64,000 nt of DNA from Seison nebaliae (Eukaryota): assembly GCA_023231475.1 (NCBI GenBank), contig JALJEE010000137.1, positions 1 to 64,000 on the forward strand. The letters run 5' to 3'. The position numbers were made by a program, and so were the translations under genes. Below the pieces are notes generated by a model that did no database searches, was not told the DNA's origin, and was given only the letters and a program-made list of their open reading frames with translations. Position 1 is the stretch's first letter, and each line of letters starts with the position of its first letter. Positions 27,453 through 39,935 of the stretch are shown here, in pieces.

Positions 27453-29929
27453 ATGAAATCGCATAATTATGGGACAAAAGATCCCGAAGCCGCTCTCGTC
27501 GTAACGAAAAGAAGTGATGATGGACAAATACATTCACAAATCGATAACGATGGTTATGAATCGAGTAAACTGAAGAATTGGAATGACGACGACATCAGTC
27601 GATCCGCCCACGACAAGTCGTGTATGGGCAAAACGAAGAAATTCTTTTTCAGTAATCTAATTCTCATGTTGACGATTTTGGGCGTCATTTTCGGATTTAT
27701 TCTCGGAATCATACTTCGCTATTGGTCTCTTGGAGATACAGCAAAAATGATAGTCAGTTTTCCTGGTGAGATTCTTATGAGAATGTTGAAGATGCTTATT
27801 CTTCCATTACTCATTTCCAGTCTGATTACTGGTTTCTTTTTCTTTCCTGTCATTCCATTCATTTTCATTCCCTTCCATTTCAGGTCTAGCACATTTAGAT
27901 CCAAAATCATCTGGTCGTATGGGACTTATTGCGTTGACTTACTATTTCTCCACCACTGTTCTTGCGGCCATACTTGGTGTAATTTTAGTCGTCACAATTC
28001 ATCCAGGTCGACCGTTGGAACACAAAATGAGAAATCGGAAACATAATGCCAATCGGAAAACGGCATCGACAATCGATTCGATTTTGGATCTGATGAGAAA
28101 TATGTTTCCCGAAAATTTGGTACAAGCCACTTTCGAACAAATCGCCACCAAATACACAAAGAAGAGTGATCCTTTATCGTCGGTCGTGGGTTTTTATTCA
28201 TTTCTTGAGATTAAAATTCTTCTATTTGAAAAGGAAAGACGGATAATAAAGTAACCACTCTCGCACCCATCCTTACCACCACCATGACGATGGTGAATGA
28301 AACGATCAATAGTACAATCACATCTGACATGGTACGATCATTCCATTACAAATCTGGCACTAACTTATTAGGAATTATAGTATTCTGTACCGCTTTTGGT
28401 ATTTACATCGGCATTCTCGGACCTAAAGCTAAACCAATGTTGGATTTCTTCTCCGTGTTGAATGATATTATTATGCATCTGGTTAATGTAATTATGTGGT
28501 TAGTTTGAGAATTTGGAAGATTGGTTAAAACTTATCTAATTATTTAAAGGTATTCTCCAATTGGCATTTGTTCATTAATTATTGGAAATCTATTAAATAT
28601 CAAAGATGTTGGGGAGACAATTCAGACAACTGGCCGTTATATGGCCACCGTTATCACTGGATTACTATTCCATGCACTCATCAATTTACCTTTAATTTAT
28701 TTTGTTTGTACGAGAAAGAATCCTTTCATATTTATGAAGAATATGTTACAAGCCATCATTACGGCTATTGGTACGGCTAGCAGGTTAATTTTCCATTATT
28801 TTCCAAAATTTTTTTTCAAAAGTTTAATTTCTTCTTAATATGTTCTCAAAAATTATTTTTCTCATTCCATTTTCACAAAAATTCTTAATCTCCTTCCCTT
28901 TTTTTTTACTTTTTCGAAAACTGAGAAAATGTTTCTGAAATAATTTCAAACTAATTTTTTTCCTTTCAATTTGACAGTGCAGCGACACTTCCAATAACAT
29001 TTCAATGTTTGGAAGTGAAGAACAAGATAGATCCACGTGTCTCCAGATTTGTTCTACCGATCGGTGCGACAATTAATATGGATGGAACCGCAGTGTACGA
29101 GGCCGTCGCTCCGATATTCATTGCGCAAATGAATAACATATCATTATCTCCCGTTCAATTTTTTACGGTGACGTTACAACGAATATTCTTCTTGAGAGTT
29201 TCCTTAAAATGAAATTTGCAGATTCACAGCAACTGTGGCATCAATTGGAGCAGCAAGTATACCTTCAGCCGGTCTCGTTACGATGTTATTAGTACTAACA
29301 GCTGTCGGCCTGCCAACCGAAGATATTTCAATGATTTTTGCTGTCGATTGGATGTTGTTAATATTGCTTCTTAATAATTAAATACATCTGTTTGTTCGAG
29401 GGATCGTATTCGAACGGGCACTAACGTCTGGGGTGACTCTGTCGGATCGGCAATTGTGCATCATTTCTCCAAATCGACTTTGGAAGAGATTGATGAGAAA
29501 GCAGCAATTGATATGGAGAATAAAGAGAGAGAGATAAATCGGAAATTATCTCGTCGTCTATCACAAGTTACTAAGAAATTCTTGAAAAAAAACTCATAAT
29601 TGAAAAATGATGATAGGTTTGCGCTCAAATGTCGGGGTCGATGTATTTCAATCAAGTTTGAATTCATTAAATTTTTTTCTGAGTGAAATTTTCAAAAAAA
29701 TTTCTAGAGAATGAGTGGCGAGTTACAACAACAACAACAGGCGGCGGCACCATTACTTAGCGTTCCTGAAAATGAATGTTTAGGTAATCAGTTAACGGAG
29801 AGTTCAGATAGCCTGCAACCTCAATTTAAAAATAATTATCTACGAGTAAATCCAACACGTATTAGAACATCACCAAGTGCTCCTGGTTGGACGTCGAAAG
29901 ATTTTCAAAAAGATGAAAGTAAATTATAA
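27453..29929 (+). CDS. SLC1 excitatory amino acid (glutamate/aspartate) transporter, paralog 1, 9 exons
   Basis: Motifs [73 protein letters not shown] and [17 protein letters not shown]. Confidence 0.95.
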
Positions 29930-31076
29930 GAACAAATTCCAATAATTATTATTCTCCATTAGTTTCTAGTTCAATTTCTTGAGTTTACCTCCGAATTCTC
30001 CCATAACTTATTTATTATCTCCACACAAAGAAAAGAATGTTCGATGATTGAGATGATGTTCTTGGTGAAACAAAAAATTTAGAGAAGACAAATGTTCCAT
30101 CAAATTAAGATAATAATTTTGAACTTCATCATCATTATTATTCTTCTTCATAATAATTCCTAATCAATTTAATTCCATATATTACATATGCACTCCTCTA
30201 ACGTTACAACGATCTTCACACCTACTTGTTCCTATTCTAGTTATGTTTACGTAATGTTGTGCGCATATGCCATGTTCTGTGAAGAGTTTTGTTTATTTAC
30301 AAATGTCTATATAAATATATTTATATATATTTATTTATAGTTACATAGTTCCATATAATTGATAACGACTTCATTCAATTATTCACTTACAACTCACTCC
30401 TCCACTCATCATTCATCTCGCCCCAAATCATGGATGTCATTCCTTCTCCACCTTTCTTTTTGACGTCATCATTACTTAATTCTCTTACGATCCACCATTT
30501 CCAATAATTCTTGGGAAAATAATTAATTATTTTAGAAATCGATTTACTTTAATCGATCACTTACGAATGATGTTGATGATGATGATACTCTACTAAATTC
30601 TCAGACACCTCTCTTCAATATCGTTCCATATTTGTTCGTTATTCTGTTAATTAATTTCAGGAGAGAAGAGAAGGAGGAGAATGACAATGATGAAAATTTC
30701 TCTTTTAAAAAATCTGTTTAAACTTTGTGTGATTTCTATTTCTTATAATTTTCAACTCCTCTTTTCTTTTTCATTTGTTTCATAATTTTCTTTTTGTCAA
30801 ACTCTTTTATTTTGAACATAAATTTCATTATACATATTTGCATACGACGACTTAACGTTTGAGTGGAAATTAAACATATCTGGAGGTGATGGAAGAAGTT
30901 TGAGGAAGTTGAGGATGAAACGGTTCTAGTCTCGTCGTACTTGTGAAAAAATCGAAATTTAAAAAGAAATTCTTCTCGATGGAAATAAGAGAAAGGAATA
31001 TATTATTGAAAAAGTGAAAAAGTAGAAAAGATTTTACTTTCTTTAATTTCGAGAAGAACAGTTTCGATAGAGCACG

Positions 31077-32225
31077 ATGGAAGAGTTTAAATTGTATTCG
31101 GATTCGGAGGAGTTGTACACGAAACTTCGTTTACTTAGTTATGAGAAGAGTTATGTTTCCCAATGGAAACAGAAACCGATTAGCAAATATTATTTTACTG
31201 TTCGTTCGAATTCGGGTGAACAATTCTCTTCATTCACCGCACTTAGTGTCTGGTTAATCATTCAGCTTGGTGAAGAGATGGAGAAGCCACAAGAGTATGA
31301 CGACCCGAATGCGATTATTGCGAAAATTGTGGAGTATTTGAGAAAGATTGAAATCACTTTACCGTTCGGTCAACAGAAATTGAAGACCGGTTCAGGAGAG
31401 GAAGTCATTTTCGTCCTGTTAACTCTCGCCACGAAAGTGTTAGAGAAGATCGATTTCAAAATTGGCGAACCCGTCTACGATGAAACTGTTGCTGATATCG
31501 ATGAAGGTGATAAGGAAACAATTGCAACAGATGCTGATAAGGAGTTTGAGGATGTACTTGAAGAGAATAATGTGGAGATGTTTGAAATGGAACAGGAATC
31601 TGTTCCTAATTTCGCTACTATATCGCCCGCTTTAGGCGTTACACCGGCAACTAAACCGGAAGCAATTTTAACTTCCACAACCAACGAAACAGATTGGATG
31701 TTGGAAGTGGAACGAGTCTTACCTAAATTAAAGGTGATCATTGAAAATAAACAATATGATTGGAGATATCATTTAGAGAAATTAAAGAATCTTTCCGATT
31801 CAATTAATAAATCATTACCAGAACCAAAGATTTATTTAGACACACTAAAACATGAGATTGATAAAGCTTTCCAAAAGATGAGTAGTCGTGAGAAATATTT
31901 GAATACACATGTGGAGGATCAATTGAATATGTTCAAATCATTGAAAGAAACATTAAGTGAATTGAAGGAGAACTATAAAGTGCGTGGTGTTGGCATCGAA
32001 GAAAGATCACAGAAATTAAATTTGATTAATGATGATCTCGATCAATTGAAGGAAGAGTTGGAGGAGGTGGGACAAAACATCATCGACGGATTGCCTGTCG
32101 TCAAAATAAAGAAGACATTAGAAGAATTACGTAACGAAACGGGTGAAATGGATTTGAGGATTGGTGTGTTGGAACATGAATTATCCAAAAAGAAAAGACA
32201 GCGAATTGAAGAAAATCTCTACTAA
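31077..32225 (+). CDS. IFT57: Intraflagellar transport protein 57 (HIPPI), intronless
   Basis: Motifs EELYTKLRLLSY, NSGEQF, PQEYDDPNA, KLKTGSGE, WMLEVERVLPKLKV, DWRYHL, SSREKYLN and MDLRIGVLEH. Confidence 0.95.
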   Translation: MEEFKLYSDSEELYTKLRLLSYEKSYVSQWKQKPISKYYFTVRSNSGEQFSSFTALSVWLIIQLGEEMEKPQEYDDPNAIIAKIVEYLRKIEITLPFGQQKLKTGSGEEVIFVLLTLATKVLEKIDFKIGEPVYDETVADIDEGDKETIATDADKEFEDVLEENNVEMFEMEQESVPNFATISPALGVTPATKPEAILTSTTNETDWMLEVERVLPKLKVIIENKQYDWRYHLEKLKNLSDSINKSLPEPKIYLDTLKHEIDKAFQKMSSREKYLNTHVEDQLNMFKSLKETLSELKENYKVRGVGIEERSQKLNLINDDLDQLKEELEEVGQNIIDGLPVVKIKKTLEELRNETGEMDLRIGVLEHELSKKKRQRIEENLY

Positions 32226-35083
32226 TTCTTCAAGTTCACACTGATAATAAAATTTCAAATTATTAAGAAAGTTCCAAGTTGATCTGGTAATGTTAAACGG
32301 TATTTATTCGATGTAATTTTTTTTTTTTGATAATTATTCTAATGTTTATATTTGTTAGGAATGATGTGAGAGGAATGGTTATTTCTAAATAACTTTAACG
32401 ATAATGTTATCATCGCAAATTGAGAAGTTGCCTCTTTGTATTGATGTGGACATTTTAACGTTTTAGTACGAAAGAAGAATGATGTGATGTGACCATGAAC
32501 AATTTTAAGTTTATTATAAATTATTTTATTCTCAAACGAATACCATTCGTTTTAATCGACTAATAACGTTTGACAGTATTTATAATGGAGCAATTTTACA
32601 TATCAAACAATATTATCCGTTTGAATAATCATTCAAAAGATAATTTAATGGAATAGGGTTGTGGAAGGAAAATTTATTAATCTTTTTCTACTAGAACTTG
32701 TCTCCAGGTTTCCCAAAAGCGGTTCTTTACGGACTTTCCACCATCGCACTTCCTCACCCCATTTGAAAAGATAATTCTAATTAGGATGAGTCAAACACAT
32801 TAAAATTGTCAGTAAAATATTTCCTTTTGAATGATGTCATCGTGACCATTATTCTTACATGTACTTGATGTGAAGGTTAACGCCGTAAAAATTCCTTTCT
32901 ATTTTCAAACGCTTCCATTAAATTTAATTGTTGTTGAGGCAAATATTTCCATTCAGTTTGTCAACAAATGGATTTTGAAGTTTGAAATTCCCTATAAGAA
33001 TGAGAGAATATCGGTGAAAACTAGTAATATGAAAAGCAAATTTCATCGAATAATGTCCCATAATAGCTAGCAATTTCCTAAATTTGGCACTACGTCTCAT
33101 TTTAAAGAAATACGTCATTCTTCCTTTCAAGTTCTCCAATTCATTGAAAGTTGTTCGAATAGAACGAATAATTACTAAATAAAAGCACCTGTAACGGATT
33201 ACGTTTCAACTTCCTCTTTTCATATCAGTCCGTCTCATAATTCGCTTTTTTTGAGGGGTAATTCCCAAAGAAATTTTTTTTGTTTATTACAAATGAAACG
33301 AACCAAAACATTTCTATAAGTATATATTTGAATGTTGACATATTTCTTTCGGATTCTTCGCATCAATTATTTCTCCTTCTTATCTGAAGAACACTATCAT
33401 TCTCTCGTGTAAACGTTAAAAAGAAAACTTCACATCTTCATTCAAGAGGCAGTCATTTCAAGTATATGATGTTCATCATTCACAAACATAGAGAGATAGA
33501 AGTAAAGAGAATTATCAAACGCAATCATTCTAAAGAATTATACGTCACCAATATTTTCGAAGAAACATAATTTTTCTTACGTTAATTCAATTTTTTAATC
33601 TTCAAACCATTTCTCATAACTGATTATATTAGAAGAGTAATTTTGATACGTATTTCAATAAAATGAAACGAAAATTTCATTGAATACTTATAAAGAGTTG
33701 GCAAATGGCAAAACTCGAAAATGTCAAGAACGTAGTACAAATTGTACGTCTCACAAATTAGTCTAGGGAAACCGAAATTTGCAGTCGGAAATATGAGTTA
33801 ATGAATTACTCAATTTTCTTAATGTAATAGAAAAGAATTATTAATCTTTCAGATATTATACGTGGGAAGATCTGAAAAAGATAAAACCTTTAATTATTTC
33901 CAGAAGGTAAAATTTTTCGATATCAAACAAATTAACACGAAATTATTCACGATTTTTTTGTCTTCGATTTATTTTAAAAGATTTCTATTCAGAAAAGCAG
34001 AACGAAGAAGGAAGGAGGAAGTGGATTGGAAGTTATTAAAGGAATTAAGTGATAGCCGAAATTGATTTTAGATTGAACGTGCACAAAGAATGCACAAATA
34101 AGTAACATAATGGATTTTAATGAAAAGATAAGAGAAATGCAGATCATTATTAATTCCTACGCATTCCACTTGTACGAGATATATATATAATATTATATGA
34201 AAATTTTTTTCCGTTTTTTGTAATTCAAATTATCTTTATTAATTTTCCACAATTATAAATAATGTTTCAGATTGGAGAAATGTAATCAATTGAAAACTGT
34301 AAAAATTTAATTTGCATAAAATAAGATGATGCCATTCCACATCATCTTTGATATTCAATTCCTCCACCATCAAATTCTCTTTCCCTCATCAATATATTAT
34401 GCACAATCCGTTTTTGATTTGCACAAAAAAAAAGATGTAAAGTAATAAAAGTCTAGAATCAAATTAAGGAAACGTTACTCCCATTGTTTTTGGCATGTAC
34501 CAGCCGACAGATAAGACAAACAAAACGAATCAGTTTATTTATTGTTGTTATTATTTTGTGATAAACTGAGAAATGGAATATCTCATATAATAGCAACACA
34601 ATAATCTTTTACATTCGAAATATTCCTTATGATGATCGTATTTGAATATGTAATACACTAATTATTCTTCATAATTACTTCATTTATACAATTCTAAATG
34701 GAAAGATATGGAGGAATTCATGGGAAAATCTGTCAATGCCAAATTAATACTCTGGAGAAATTCGAGTAAATTCTCTCATCATCTTTCTTCATATATTTCA
34801 TTTGTCCCAATTACACTCTAGTTGTCCATAGATTTATGGAGAATTAAAAAATTAATTAAATTCCGTCGATTTGAGACGATTGTCTACCGAAATTATCTAA
34901 TCATATTGATTGAAAAAGGTTCGGCAACGGAACTATTATCGTTTTGTAAATTTTAATTTTGTTCTTGTTCCCATTGTTGAATAACCGTCAAATAAATTAT
35001 ATTCGTTTAAATATTCGACTATATTTCCGTCATCACAAATTAAACAGAACTTTCATTTTATTTCACCGTTCAGTGGACGTAGA

Positions 35084-37049
35084 ATGACCAATGAGGAATA
35101 TGAATTAGATGACAAACGTCAATCTATGCTTCGTTTCACTGATTCGCCAAATGATACAGACGATAACGTAGCCATGTTGAATCGTAATCCGAAAACGTGT
35201 GGTCAAAAAGTTAGTCGAATTCGAAGTCAAAACATACAAGGAATTCTGATGTTTTTGGAAGAATAGGTAAAAATTTGGTGTAAAGAAAATATGATTCTAT
35301 TATTAATTATTGGCGGTGTACTTATAGGATCGATTATTGGAATAATACTACGTCAATTCACATTGTCAGAAACTGCAATAACTATTATTGGTTTTCCTGG
35401 AGAAATTTTCATGAAGATGCTGAAAATGTTAATCCTTCCTTTAATTGTGAGCAGTTTGGTGAGTGGTTAATCAAATAGTTTTTCTGCTCATAAGCTTAAA
35501 ATTTTTTTCACTTATTTCTATTAGCACTTGCGAGATTGGACCCAAAATCTTCTGGAAGAATGGGTGGTCTTGCCATCCTCTATTATTTCTCCACGACTTT
35601 TATTGCGGCTATTTTGGGATTGGTATTGGTCATCGCCATCCATCCCGGTAATCCGGACGCCCATCACTCAAGGCAAATGACTTCATTACAACCGGAAGGA
35701 AAAGTTATAACAACTTTAGATTCGATTTTGGATCTATTAAGGTTTAAATTGAATTATTATATCTGTTAAATTCAAAAAAATTGTTATTATCCAGAAATTT
35801 ATTTCCAGAAAATTTGGCGTCAGCTACTTTTCAACAAGCTTATACTAAATATGTGCCAATTGAGAATAAGAACTCAACGTTATTGAACGACACTGTTATC
35901 GATTATAAACGGACAGTAGACTATAAAGATGGAATGAATTTATTAGGTATCATAACCTTCTGTACGGTATTCGGTCTTTATATCGGCAGCATGGGAGTAA
36001 GAGCTAAACCGATGGCAGAATTTTTTAATATTCTATATGAAATTGTAATGAAATTAGTTCAGTTGCTCATGTGGTTAGTAATCTAGTTGGTTGTTGAAGA
36101 AGAAGTTAATTCATTTGAAGGTTCTCTCCAATTGGTATTGCATCATTGATCATTTCCAATCTCGTTCATATCAAAGATATCAATACGATGGTTCAATCCA
36201 CTGGAAAGTATATGGCAACGGTTTTGGCTGGATTACTGATTCATTTCGTCGTCAATCTACCTCTCATTTATTTTGCGTGTACTCGAAAGAATCCAGTGAA
36301 ATTTCTCAAAAGTATGTTGTCGGCTGTCCTTACGGCTTTAGGTACTTCGAGCAGGTTCCATTTGATTCACATTTAAATTCTTTATCAAATTTATCTTTAT
36401 CTCTAGTGCTGCTACTCTACCAGTTACGTTCGATTGTTTAGAGAACAAGAATAAGTTGGACCCTCGTGTTACACGTTTCGTCTTACCAATTGGGGCTACG
36501 ATTAACATGGATGGAACGGCGTTGTATGAAGCGGTCGCGCCAATTTTTATCGCCCAAATGAATGGAATTCAATTGACACCTGTCCAATATTTTACAGTCA
36601 CGTTCGACATTTTGAACTTATATAATTAATTAATATTTATTAAAATAATTCTTTAAATTTAACCTATTTCTTACAGATTCACTGCAACCGTTGCATCTAT
36701 CGGTGCTGCAAGTATACCGTCAGCTGGTCTGGTTACCATGATGCTGGTGTTAACTTCTGTGGGATTACCGACCGAGGATATTTCGTTGATTTTTGCCGTT
36801 GACTGGATGTTGTTAGTAGAAAATTATATTTATTCTCTCATAGGTATAATTATAATGGAAATTTTATTGTACAGAGATCGTATAAGAACAGCAACAAATG
36901 TTTGGGGCGATTCAGTTGGAGCCGGTATCGTCCATCATTTTTCGAAAGCTCATTTGGCGAAATTGGATGAAATCGAACAGAAAGAATTGGAGGAAGAACA
37001 GATGAATGAACAACATAAATTGATGAAAATGATTTCGGAGGTTCCCTAA
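35084..37049 (+). CDS. SLC1 excitatory amino acid transporter, paralog 2, 8 exons
   Basis: Same SLC1 motifs ([58 protein letters not shown]). Seven GTT..AG introns. Confidence 0.95.
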
Positions 37050-37520
37050 ACTTTCCACTCTAACAAACTACTACTACTACTACTACGACTACTTTTTTCC
37101 CGCACCTTTTCATAAACATTTCATTCACGAAATTAATTGGTTGATGGTTTTTTATTCTCTTTATAGACACCTAACACTAAACCTTCGGTGATGGATCGAG
37201 CATAAAACTGCCGAGCACTTGTGAACTGTGAGAATGATAAGTGAATTAATTTTATTCTTTCTTTTTCATCAGGAAAACTTACACCAACTGTGAGAAAAAT
37301 TGTGAAAAAGAAATTATTTGCATAATATTTTATGTATATTTTAATATAGACTAGTTTGCTTTCTTTCAATAGACTTAATGTCTGTTTAATTCTTTTTTAT
37401 TTATTATTCTTATTTATAACGATTTATTAATTAATTTATTAGTATATCAACAATAAATAAATTATCTTGTTTATAATTCTATTTCTTCTCGTCTATAAAA
37501 TCATCCTTATTATTTCATCC

Positions 37521-39765
37521 TTAAGTATCCGGAACAGGCATTTCTTCATGTGTAAAACTATTTCTATATAGTCTGAATATTATATAAATGTAGAATAAAC
37601 ATCCGGTTAAGATCAGAATCCCACCGAATACAATAGGCGAATAATTTGTTTTGAAAGAATCATAAATTGACCCTTTTAAATTTTTTTAAATGTTGCAGTT
37701 TAACAAGAAGAATTTATAAGAACCTCCTACTACTGGTGCCACTAAACTACTAATACCTTGAAAGAAGAAGACAGTACCAACGCCATTTGTTAAATTGTTG
37801 AGGCCGACTAATTGTACAGTTATTATTCCATAAAATATTGCTTGAGCAGCTTGAGATAAATAAGATGAGGATATAATGTCGCATAAAATGGATGTTAACA
37901 TGAGAAACTGCCTAAAATAACTAGGTACATTTTCATTAGTCCTACTGTAACATAAAACGGTGCTAGACAACATATTACTCCCGATACGATGTTACATATT
38001 AATGTAATGATGATAATGTATGGAGTCAATAAGTTGGCGATTACTGCAAGAAGAATGCGCGCGATTGTTGTTGAAGCAACTAAAAGAGATTTTTGGAATG
38101 AATGTGAACAGAAAAAATTCGATAAATAACATAAATAGATTAAGTGGCTACTCGTTGTTTTGCCATCGGTGATATTTGAAGTCTTTTCAAATTCATAACT
38201 AAAAACCATGCCAATTAAGATGCCTGAGTCGCATAAGGCAAAACCGATACAGAATAGTATGAAACTAATATTAGTAATGAATTTTCCTTTAAAGAATGTA
38301 ATGCATCGACTCTAAAGTGGAAGTTGAATAAGAGAATTTAATTAAAAAAAACCCAAAGTGACGTCTCCGAATCAACTTCCATATGCATGACAGATTTATG
38401 GAAACCATCGAGATCTGTGGCATTTCGAAATTCGGGTAAATTGTATAAAGAATTCTTGTAAAAAATATCGTCACGATCGAACGGTTTGATTCTCAGATAG
38501 GAATTAATTAATTCTGCTGGAATTCTAATAAATATTCGACAGGTAGTGAAGTGACGACTGTTCCGCCAAAAAAGACAAACCTAAGAAAATTCTTTGCGTC
38601 ATGTAAACTGGTTGTCGATTTCGCTTTATGTATATCAACTATCGTATCACTAATTGATTTGACGATATCACTATTCCTTTCGATAACGCGATAACTGGGC
38701 TAGAATAAAGATGATTTTTATGTTTGTTGTAAAATCTCATTAAACTGATGCGAATCCTTCTTCCATGATCGTTTTCGATATTTTTTGTCCAGTGAATACC
38801 GATCTATGTTTGAATGAATTGTAAATGTAACTTCATATTGAAAAGAAAACAGCATACTTAGTCCATAATAAATAAGCAGGTGCATCTTTTCTTTTGGGGA
38901 ATGGAAACGAACTGTAATTCAATTCGATAGGAAGAAAAAATTGTTCGTCACGTAAAGGATTTTGTTCAACTGGAACGAAAACCATCGAACAAGCGACGAT
39001 ATGTAATACCAATCCTATTAATGGACGATAATGGTCTTTACGGGGTTTGGTTAATTAAAGGAAACCGGCTAAAATTACTTGGGTGGCCATCCATCCATAT
39101 TGATCATGTAAAATGGGTATGATGATGGTCATCACTAGACTCCCAATGCCACTACCAGTTCCAACGAACGAACTAGCTATTGCTCGGTATTTCTCGAAAT
39201 AATAACTAGGCATTATACAGGCGGATAAGAATACACTTCCGCTCCCAATCCCATAAAAAAATCCATGAATTATAATTATTGACAAAATGGATTTACACCA
39301 AGCAGTGAATAAGAGACAGAGTGTCATGATAATTCCTCCCGTACAACACACTTTCCTTGTACCGAATTTATTGATAATAACCGCTACGACAGGTCCTTGA
39401 GAAAGGTCTTAATTGGAAGATATCGAAACCAAAACCAAACCACTTAACAATGACACACCGACGAGTAGAGAGGCGACTAGATATCCTTGAGTGCGAGAGC
39501 ACTGGAAATATTCGATGTATTTATATACAACAATGCCGATGGTATTGAGCATTCCATCGGTTAGGAATAAGCAGAACTAAATTAGATTATAATCGTTTTT
39601 CTTTATGAAACTTATGAAAGAGTTGCTCAATCAAACAAAACTCGATATAAGAACTACATAGCTCCAACCGCTATCTGGAGGTTTAGGCGGGAGAATATGA
39701 GTCACCAATTCCGCTTTCACATAATTGGAACTCACTTCATTAACGGCATGATCCGACTGGCTCAT
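37521..39765 (-). CDS. SLC16 monocarboxylate transporter-like, paralog A, about 11 exons
   Basis: Motifs PPDSGWSY, NKFGTRKV, SYYFEKYRAIA..GTGSGIG, loop motif PFDRDDIFY and VQLVGLNNL..G..FFQG..SLVAPVVG. Confidence 0.9.
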
Positions 39766-39935
39766 AGAATTGCCTCTTCGTTGAATTGTGTTGACTATTC
39801 ACAATTGTAATTTTATTCTAATTATTATCATTCCATCTCATTCCACTATATAGAGAAATGGAAGAAATATTCTAATAAAGAAACAATTCGTTTTTTATTT
39901 CACATAAAACAGTGCGCGATTTATTCAAGTGTTTC

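Noticed and set aside
1529..32225. Functional 'ciliary cluster' (CFAP54, IFT57, FAM81) or an IFT57/HIPPI-huntingtin linkage
   Set aside because: These genes are interspersed with unrelated ones; there is no evidence beyond chance in a gene-dense genome.
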